A stretch of 12,268 nt of DNA, taken from positions 1 through 12,268 of the forward strand of contig JAWOBU010000091.1 of NCBI GenBank assembly GCA_046484135.1, written 5' to 3'. The notes beneath the pieces are model-generated. The model saw only the letters and a list, made by a program, of their open reading frames with translations, made no database searches and was not told the origin of the DNA. Positions 1 through 6,559 of this stretch are shown here, in pieces. Made by a program: the position numbers and the translations under genes. How positions within the stretch are numbered: position 1 is the stretch's first letter; the number at the start of each line of letters is the position of its first letter. Source of the stretch: a bacterium. GTDB taxonomy: Bacteria; RBG-13-61-14; DATKZS01.

Positions 1-3
1 TCT

Positions 4-27
4 GCCCACACAACAAGTTGTGTGGGC
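4..27. repeat. Perfect 11-bp inverted repeat GCCCACACAAC-AA-GTTGTGTGGGC (REP-like hairpin or operator)
   Basis: Arms 4-14 and 17-27 are exact reverse complements. It lies at the window edge, so context is missing. Confidence 0.6.
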
Positions 28-172
28 TATCATGGCTGCCGAGTAGAGTGGGCTGTCCTGATGGCTGAGTGGTGTGCTCCATTTGACAAGGAAGAGTTGT
101 ATTTGGCCGATTGGAAACTTAAGACAAACGCCCTGCTTGCCGGAGACGCTGATGGAGGGAATGACCGGTCAT

Positions 173-210
173 AAAAAACGGGGGAACTTCATGCAGGATA
201 TCCCGTCTTT
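173..210 (-). terminator. Possible intrinsic terminator after the 209..838 gene
   Basis: On the minus strand, ACGGG...CCCGT followed by TTTTTT starts right at the TAA stop (209-211). The inner stem is imperfect. Confidence 0.35.
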
Positions 211-838
211 ACTCGACGGCCTGTATCTCGATGGGAGACGAGGACCGGACTTCCGGTGTATAGCGGCCTTCAAAGGGGAGTGTGCCCGACTGGCACTCGC
301 GTATGAAAGGCTCGATTTCTATAGTGCCCGCGCTGTCAATGCGCAGGGTGATGCGGGCGGGCGCGTTGTCTATGACAGGTCCGGAGAAATCGTAGCGGTC
401 GCCGGAGTACTCACCGTCGCCCCCCAAAAGGGTGGCCGAGCCGGTGGATGAGTCTCCTGTCTGGAAGACCACTGTAAAGCCGGACGTATACTTGTCGCCG
501 TCCGGGTGCTCGGAAAGGACGCCCACCGTTACGTGGCAGGTGTCTCCCACCGCCACCGGTCCGGAAGGCTAAGACAGGATTACGAGCTCCTGAGCCCGGC
601 TTCTTATGTTGTTGATCTCGATTTCGGAGACCATGCTCTTCAAAATGGTGAGGTCGCCGGAGGCGAGCACTCCGTCGCGGTCCAGGTCCATGTAAATGAA
701 AAAGCGCTCGTTGGCAAAGCTTACTCTCCAATCGGTCCCGTTTACCACGGTGAACTTGAAGTAAGCGTTGGTCCCGGCCTGTTGATAGCCAAAAGCTGGA
801 GGTTTGGTGGTAGAGACCCCTGTCTGCCCTGTCTGCAT
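209..838 (-). pseudogene. Beta-rich surface/secreted protein-like gene interrupted by an in-frame TAG at 569-571
   Basis: ORFs 569..838 and 209..556 share a frame and are separated only by TAG plus PSGP. The sequence FIYMDLDRDGVLASGD is a DxDxDG Ca-binding-type loop followed by Ig-like strands. A possible original start (GAGGGG, ATG AAA AAG at 891) is out of frame. Confidence 0.5.
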
Positions 839-1013
839 GTGGAACGCACAGGCAGGTCTCGATAATCGCGAACTTGCGCTCGCTTTTTCATCCAGCCCCT
901 CGCGGCCTGATTACAATCCTTTGCCGGAAATTGCCGGTGACCGGTCAAGGAACTCGAAGGTCTTGGCGAGAATGAGGGTTTTTTTAAGTTTCCTTCAGAG
1001 ATAGGAGGAGGAT

Positions 1014-2435
1014 TTAATCGTTAAAGTAGCCCAGGCTTTTGAGCTCTTTTACCCTGTCTTCTTCCAGTTCCACTTCCGGGCCGGTCTCTGTCGCGGGAGA
1101 GAGGTTGATAAGCATTTTCAACTCTTTTTTCAGTTGCAGGCCGCGGGCGGTGTTTTTCGGACTCAACTTATTTTGTTCGGCAGGGTCTTTTTCCAGGTTG
1201 TACATTTCGTACAAGTTTCTTTTTTTATTATAGATCAATTTCATGTCGCCCTTTCTGAGGGAGCGGGGGATTCTTCCGTTGTAGGTCTCTGCGTAAACGG
1301 GCAGAGTTTCGGGGTTGGACTTATCTTTGTAAAACAGCTTGTCTTTTTCTTCCCACCCGCAGGCAAAGAGGTCTCTGCCCTGCCAGTCCGTTCTTTTCGC
1401 GTCTATTCCACACAACCTGGTGATGGTGGGTACGAGGTCTATCAACCGTACCCGGTCCTCCCTTGTCAGGCTTTCCGGAATTACGCCCGGCCATACCATC
1501 ACCAGGGGAACGTGCAGCATCTCTTCATAACACGTGAACCCGTGTCCGAACCCTCCATGCTCGTGGAACTCCTCGCCGTGATCAGAGGCTATTATAACCA
1601 GGGTGTTATCTAAGGCTCCGCTCTTGTTGAGCCGCTTGATCAAGGACTTGAACTCATGGTCCCAGTAGCGTATCTGGGCGTCGTAGATTGCTTTGGTGTA
1701 CTGGATCTGGTTCTCAGAAACCCGCCGGTTATAGGGGCCGTTTATGTAGATGGGCCGTGTTTTACGAAGGCCTTTTGTAAACAGGTTCTTGTAGGAGGGT
1801 GGCGGCTTGTAAGGAGCGTGTACGTCCATGTAATGCAGATATAAAAAGAAGGGCTCTGATGGGTCTTTCCCGAGTTTTTTCAGGCCGAGCTTATTCAGTC
1901 TATTGGCGCGGGGGTTGTTCGGGATGTAGATGTATTCATCATACCCCTGGTCAAAACCCATCCTTTCAACAAGGTGGGGATTGCAATGGACGCCGATGGT
2001 GGTGTAGCCGTTCTTTTTCAGAAGCTCGGCCAGGGTGAAGGCATCTTCGGACAGAACGTCGGATTTCAGTTTAGCGCTCTCATCGAATATCTCCTTTACC
2101 GAGCCTGCTTTGCGCAGGCCGTGGGAGGGAGGAATGAGGCCGGTGAACAAAGATGCCATGGATATCTTGGTATGGCTGGAATGGGAATAGGCGTTCATGA
2201 AACGTATCCCCTTGCGGCTGTAAGAGTCAAGCACGGGGGTGGTGTCGTTTAAATTGCCGTGGTATCCGACCCGGTCCGCCCGGAGGGTGTCAATAAGCAG
2301 GAACACTATATTCGGACTTGTACGGGACTCCGGAATCTCGGCTGATGAGCCGGCAAAAAAGTAAAAACCGCCGCCCCCCGCAAAACATATTATCAATATG
2401 ACCAGGAAAATTATGATATATGATCTCTTTTTCAT
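1014..2435 (-). CDS. Sulfatase-like hydrolase/transferase (alkaline phosphatase superfamily), N-terminally membrane-anchored, 473 aa
   Basis: Motifs PNIVFLLIDTLRAD, SMASLFTG, FFLYLHYMDVHAPY, SDHGEEF, LHVPL and C-terminal LKSLGY. Start set at ATG 2435 (AGGGGA RBS; MKKR followed by a hydrophobic helix) rather than 2501. Confidence 0.9.
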   Translation of the reverse strand: MKKRSYIIIFLVILIICFAGGGGFYFFAGSSAEIPESRTSPNIVFLLIDTLRADRVGYHGNLNDTTPVLDSYSRKGIRFMNAYSHSSHTKISMASLFTGLIPPSHGLRKAGSVKEIFDESAKLKSDVLSEDAFTLAELLKKNGYTTIGVHCNPHLVERMGFDQGYDEYIYIPNNPRANRLNKLGLKKLGKDPSEPFFLYLHYMDVHAPYKPPPSYKNLFTKGLRKTRPIYINGPYNRRVSENQIQYTKAIYDAQIRYWDHEFKSLIKRLNKSGALDNTLVIIASDHGEEFHEHGGFGHGFTCYEEMLHVPLVMVWPGVIPESLTREDRVRLIDLVPTITRLCGIDAKRTDWQGRDLFACGWEEKDKLFYKDKSNPETLPVYAETYNGRIPRSLRKGDMKLIYNKKRNLYEMYNLEKDPAEQNKLSPKNTARGLQLKKELKMLINLSPATETGPEVELEEDRVKELKSLGYFND

Positions 2436-2564
2436 GGCATTTCCCCTACTATCCGGAATCAGTGATAAGCCCTGGTTCCCGCCACCAACCTCGATCTCCA
2501 ACAGAAGCTTCGCCCGCTCTAACCCCTTTTCACTACCTAATCCTTGATTTGAATAAAGAGAACA

Positions 2565-2662
2565 GCAATCCCGGCACCGGTCATCAATATCACCCCCCTT
2601 GGAAATGGAGGGGCCACATGAAAGGAGGGGTTGGGGAATTACACCTGCCGGATGCCGGGTGC
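2565..2662. repeat. Imperfect inverted-repeat element enclosing C-run/G-run hairpin sequence
   Basis: GCAATCCCGGCACCGG (2565-2580) versus CCGGATGCCGGGTGC (2648-2662). The interior reads CCCCCCTTGGAAATGGAGGGG...AAAGGAGGGGTTGGGGAATT. Confidence 0.35.
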
Positions 2663-2708
2663 ATCGCCGTCCCGCCTCTTCCCCTTTATTTCGCAGGCCC
2701 TTTTCATC

Positions 2709-2737
2709 TTGACACTTTCCCTTTGCTGTGCCACTAT
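2709..2737 (+). promoter_or_regulatory. Sigma-70 promoter of tRNA-Thr
   Basis: TTGACA (2709-2714), 17-bp spacer ending in TGC (extended -10), CACTAT (2732-2737), 17 bp upstream of the tRNA. Confidence 0.7.
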
Positions 2738-2754
2738 AAAACGCGAGTGAAAGG

Positions 2755-2830
2755 GCCGGCGTAGCTCAGTTGGCAGAGCAGCTGATTCGTAATCAGCAGG
2801 CCATCGGTTCGAATCCGATCGCCGGCTCCA
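2755..2830 (+). tRNA. tRNA-Thr, anticodon CGT (reads ACG)
   Basis: 76-nt cloverleaf: acceptor GCCGGCG/CGCCGGC, D stem GCTC/GAGC, anticodon stem GCTGA/TCAGC with loop TT-CGT-AA (2788-2790), T arm ATCGG-TTCGAAT-CCGAT, encoded CCA. Confidence 0.98.
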
Positions 2831-2925
2831 AACAAAAATCTTGCCTTGTCCGGTATAATCCAAAAACCCACTAATAAACGCTCTGTTCGGCTCTATTGCA
2901 GGCTGATCCAGTCCAAAGAAATCTC

Positions 2926-2962
2926 TTGACATCCAAATCAACTGCCGGTAGCATTGACGGTA
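2926..2962 (+). promoter_or_regulatory. Orphan sigma-70 promoter overlapped by 12-bp-period direct repeats (integrase arm-site-like)
   Basis: TTGACA (2926-2931), 17 bp, TAGCAT (2949-2954). Repeats TGCCGGTA (2943-2950) and TGACGGTA (2955-2962). Confidence 0.5.
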
Positions 2963-2997
2963 TCTGAATACACCGGAAAAGTAATATCTTCAAAAAA

Positions 2998-3318
2998 GAT
3001 GCCCTCGTAAAAAGTTGTTTTTTCTAACTCCCTGGAAAATTCCAATTTTGGAAAATTTTTACTTGACTTTCCGAAAAAGGTGTGGTGAAATAATCCAAAT
3101 TTTTCAATAAGTTAGGAGAGAAAACCTTGATGAACGTCAAAAATGACAAACAGGGCCACTTGTTCAATCCTTGGGGACATTTGGGGGAAAAGCGGCGAAA
3201 GCTCCTGGAGGAATCGTGGGCCGGTCTGTTCCGGGAGCATATCCTGGAAGAGCTGCCGGTTGATGAGATCGCGCCTTTTTTCAAGGCCGACTTCGGCCGG
3301 CCGACAAAAGAACTCTAC
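2998..3318 (+). mobile_element. Left end of a truncated insertion sequence (IS5/IS1182-like DDE group; family uncertain)
   Basis: Candidate terminus GATGCCCTCGTAAAAAGT (2998-3015), promoter-like TTGACT-17-TGAAAT (3063-3091), AGGAG RBS (3114-3118) and a transposase N-terminus. No matching right end is in the window. Confidence 0.65.
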
Positions 3319-3345
3319 ATGATTAATATTCCGGGAATCAATTGA
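3127..3345 (+). pseudogene. Transposase N-terminal fragment
   Basis: LGEKRRKLLEESWAGLFREHIL..LPV..IAPFF...FGRPTKELY resembles, from recall, the N-terminal domain of deltaproteobacterial IS transposases. Similarity ends at about 3318 and there is no DDE domain. Confidence 0.7.
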
Positions 3346-3601
3346 AATGTTACTCCCGACAACACCCCAAGTGATAAGTTCACCGGCCAACTGAAGCCGA
3401 TCCAGCCCCAAGAGGCTTGTGACTTTTTGCGAGGGCATCATACATGGACTGGCGATGATTTCGGCACGGACCTGGACTTCTCCGACGCTGGCCTGCGCAA
3501 GTTGGCGCTGGAGCAAGAGGAGCAGAAGAAGTAGAAGCGGTTCTGGGAGGAGCTTGGCGAGGCTCCGCCGGACGAGAAGATCAAGATGGCATAGCCTTAT
3601 A

Positions 3602-5005
3602 TCAAGCTCTTTTATTCAAGGGTATGTCCCATTTCTTCATGTACTTCCAGACGGTGGTGTGGCTGCATCCCAGTCTCCTGCCGACCATGGACTTGTTCCA
3701 CTCGCATTCTTCCAGCAGGGAAATCAGACCTTCCCTGGTGATCTGTTTCAGCTCCGAAGCCTTGGAGATATTGGCGGAGTTGTTATACTGAATTCTTCTC
3801 ACCTCGACCGGCAGGTCAAAAAGCTCGATCTGGCTTCCCTTGCAGATCACGAAGGCGTGTTCAATTGCGTTTTCCAGCTCGCGCACGTTTCCCGGCCAGT
3901 GATACTCCATGAGCACCCGCAAGGCCTCCTCTGATATGGAGTAGATGTTCCGGTTGTTTTCCCGGTTGAAACGCTTGATAAAGTGTTCCACCAGGAGAGG
4001 GATATCGCTCTTGTGGTCGCGAAGCGCGGGGATATCTATGGTGAACACCTTGAGGCGGAAGTAAAGGTCGCTTCTGAACCTGCCTTCCTTGACCAGGGCT
4101 TCCAGGTCCTTGTTGGTGGCGGCTATGACCCGGATGTTTATCTGGCGGCGCTTGGACTCGCCGATCTTCTCGATGACATGGTCCTGCAAGACCCGCAGAA
4201 GCTTGACCTGGATGGCAGGCGAGATGTCGCCGATCTCGTCCAGCAGCAGGGTCCCGCCGTCCGCTTCCTCGAACCTTCCCGCCCGGTCTTTCAACGCGCC
4301 GGTAAAAGCGCCTTTTACATGACCGAACAGCTCGCTCTCCAGCATTGCTTCGGGAAGAGCTGAGCAATTAACCAGGATAAAAGGATGGGCCGCCCGCTCG
4401 CTCTGGTAGTGGATGGCGCCGGCTACCAGTTCCTTGCCGGTCCCGCTCTCCCCCTGCACCAGCACCGTGGCGTTGCTGGCGTCCGCGGCCCTGGACACGG
4501 CCTCGTAAACGTTCTGCATGGGGGCGCTCTCGCCCACGATGTTGCCGAGGCTGTGATGAAGCTTCTTCTGCTCGTTCTCTGCCCTTCTTTTTATCTTTTC
4601 CACAGCGGTAATATCGGTAACGCTCTCGACCGCGCCGATGATCTCTCCGTTCTTGTCCTGGAGCACGCGCGCATTCTTCAGCACCGGCACGAACCAGCCG
4701 TTCTTGTGCCGGAGCATGCACTCCATGTCCTTGATCTCGCCTTTTACAAAAAGACCGCACTCCTCCACGTTGTTGGGACAGACCTCGCCGTTCCGGTACT
4801 GGAACTCGAGGAGGCTCGGATGCTTGTCCAGGACCTCTTCTCGTTCGTAACCGCTTATGCTTTCCAGGCTCTTGTTCCAGAGGATAATGCGGGCGGAACG
4901 GTCTATCACGAAAACTCCGTCGGGGATCGTCTCTATGAGAATATCGGGGAGTGATGCTTCCAGGCTGTCGCTGACTGATTTCTGAAACTTCTTCAATGCT
5001 TCCAT
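3602..5005 (-). CDS. PAS-domain sigma-54-dependent transcriptional activator (bEBP, NtrC/Fis family), 467 aa
   Basis: PAS ([11 protein letters not shown]...WNK..E.ISGY.REEVL), Walker [22 protein letters not shown], Walker [17 protein letters not shown] and a C-terminal HTH. ATG 5005 is preferred to TTG 5155. Confidence 0.95.
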   Translation of the reverse strand: MEALKKFQKSVSDSLEASLPDILIETIPDGVFVIDRSARIILWNKSLESISGYEREEVLDKHPSLLEFQYRNGEVCPNNVEECGLFVKGEIKDMECMLRHKNGWFVPVLKNARVLQDKNGEIIGAVESVTDITAVEKIKRRAENEQKKLHHSLGNIVGESAPMQNVYEAVSRAADASNATVLVQGESGTGKELVAGAIHYQSERAAHPFILVNCSALPEAMLESELFGHVKGAFTGALKDRAGRFEEADGGTLLLDEIGDISPAIQVKLLRVLQDHVIEKIGESKRRQINIRVIAATNKDLEALVKEGRFRSDLYFRLKVFTIDIPALRDHKSDIPLLVEHFIKRFNRENNRNIYSISEEALRVLMEYHWPGNVRELENAIEHAFVICKGSQIELFDLPVEVRRIQYNNSANISKASELKQITREGLISLLEECEWNKSMVGRRLGCSHTTVWKYMKKWDIPLNKRA

Positions 5006-5032
5006 CTTTTTTCCGTACTTACTACCTTGTTT

Positions 5033-5061
5033 ATGATAATGGCTTTTTTCGGCATTTGAAA
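5033..5061 (-). promoter_or_regulatory. Candidate sigma-70 promoter for the activator gene
   Basis: Minus strand TTTCAA, 17 bp, TATCAT, ending 27 bp before ATG 5005. Confidence 0.4.
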
Positions 5062-5151
5062 CCTTGCGGCCCGAATATTTTGAGTCAGTCCTCTCAGGGA
5101 TCGATGGGCAATATCCAACACGCAGAATGCCGGCTTCCTCTTTTCCCGCGT

Positions 5152-6030
5152 TCAAATCCTGTCCGTAACCGCCTCCCTGGGCACGCTCGACACCGAGGCC
5201 ACCTCTTTTGCGTCAAAGCCCATGCAAAGGGCCAAAAGCTGATTGTAATCGAGCACAGGAATGCTGTAGGCACCGTTTCCCTTGCTGAGCTGTTTTTGCA
5301 CGTTGTCCAAGTGCATTAGACAGGTGATGCATGAGACCACGATTACATCCGCCCTGGTCTCGTTCTTGATGGCGTCGAGCTTCTGCCTGGTATACTCCTG
5401 GGCTTCCAGCGCGGAGATATTATGAAATCCGCCCGCGCCGCCGCAACACTGATACTCACGGCTGAAGGAGTCAACTTCTGCGCCCAGAGCTTCCACCAGC
5501 TCCCGGAGTATGTGCGGGCGGGCCGGCGGGCTGTCAAATCCCACCACCTCGCTGGGAAACAGGGTATGGCAGGGGTACTGCACCACCGCGTGCATCCCTT
5601 CCAGGCTTTTGCCGATTTTTTCCTTTATCTTTTCCAGCCCGACCTCGTTGTAAAGCACGTCGGTGATGTGCCGCACGTGCGCGTTGCCTTCCACGCTCCT
5701 GCCCACCGGCTCGAGCAGCTCGTTCACCCGGGCTTTCCTGTCCTCGTTCTCCAAGATGTGCTCGCGTGCAGACTTCAGCGAGCTGTAACAGGACCCGCAC
5801 TCCACCATGAGATCGAGTCCCTTCTTCTCGGCCAAAGAAAGGTTCCAGCCGCTTACTCCCAGGTGGGAGTCGTCGTCGGTGGAAGGAAAGGTACCGAACG
5901 CCGGGCAACAGACGTATCCTTCCAGGTCAACCAGGTCCACTCCCAGCCCGGGCATGGTCGCCCTTATAGCCCGCTCCACGTCCGGCCGGATCGCGGGCAT
6001 ATTACATCCTAAAAACAGTCCGATTTCCAT
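5152..6030 (-). CDS. hdrB: Heterodisulfide reductase subunit B (two CCG domains), 292 aa
   Basis: LGC...CCPAFG...ECGSC and YPCH...CCGGAG...SCITC. AAGGTG RBS before ATG 6030 (alternative GTG 6039). Confidence 0.93.
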   Translation of the reverse strand: MEIGLFLGCNMPAIRPDVERAIRATMPGLGVDLVDLEGYVCCPAFGTFPSTDDDSHLGVSGWNLSLAEKKGLDLMVECGSCYSSLKSAREHILENEDRKARVNELLEPVGRSVEGNAHVRHITDVLYNEVGLEKIKEKIGKSLEGMHAVVQYPCHTLFPSEVVGFDSPPARPHILRELVEALGAEVDSFSREYQCCGGAGGFHNISALEAQEYTRQKLDAIKNETRADVIVVSCITCLMHLDNVQKQLSKGNGAYSIPVLDYNQLLALCMGFDAKEVASVSSVPREAVTDRI

Positions 6031-6031
6031 T

Positions 6032-6541
6032 TTAGACACCTTTAAACATGAAGTCGTTGTCGCTTATGACCTTGGTCTTCATAAGCATCTCCCTGAACTT
6101 CTCGAGAAGCTCCGGGTACTCGGTCAAAGCGGGAAGCTTCTCCGGCAGCCCCAAAGATTTTCTCTGCTCGGTGTTTCTCTCCACCGGTTGGGTGTATCCC
6201 CGGCCGTAAATTTCGACCAGGGAAGTAGGAACCCGGGTGGGGTCATTCGCGCATTGCCACTTCCGGATGCCCAGGCACAGCTCGAAGGGCTTCACGTCCA
6301 TGGGACACATCTCCTCGCACCGCGAACAGGTCACGCATATCCAGGGAGTGTCCTCGTCCAGAAGCTCGTCCTCCAGCCCCAGGAGCACCATGCGGGCCAG
6401 GTTCCGGATCAAGAGCGGAGGATTGGCGTTCGACGCGGGGCACCCAGAGATACAGGTACTGCAGTTGAAGCAGTAACGGAGGTTGGGATTATCGAAGACC
6501 TCCTTCCACAGATCATGTTTTGCTTCCTGTAAGTCAACCAC
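6032..6541 (-). CDS. hdrC: Heterodisulfide reductase subunit C (2x[4Fe-4S]), 169 aa
   Basis: CFNCSTCISGCP and WICVTCSRCEEMCP, GTG start with AGGAGG RBS, directly upstream of hdrB. Confidence 0.93.
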   Translation of the reverse strand: MVDLQEAKHDLWKEVFDNPNLRYCFNCSTCISGCPASNANPPLLIRNLARMVLLGLEDELLDEDTPWICVTCSRCEEMCPMDVKPFELCLGIRKWQCANDPTRVPTSLVEIYGRGYTQPVERNTEQRKSLGLPEKLPALTEYPELLEKFREMLMKTKVISDNDFMFKGV

Positions 6542-6559
6542 TTCTCGAACCTCCTGACT

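Noticed and set aside
818..835. 9-bp tandem duplication CCCTGTCTG x2
   Set aside because: Only two units; likely slippage, not a CRISPR array or functional repeat.
74..865. Plus-strand ORFs 74..451 and 506..865
   Set aside because: No motifs, and they overlap the more protein-like minus-strand frame.
5006..5155. 50-aa N-terminal extension of the activator from TTG 5155 overlapping the hdrB stop
   Set aside because: It lacks domain character and contains a promoter-like sequence; ATG 5005 sits just before the PAS domain. Not fully excluded.
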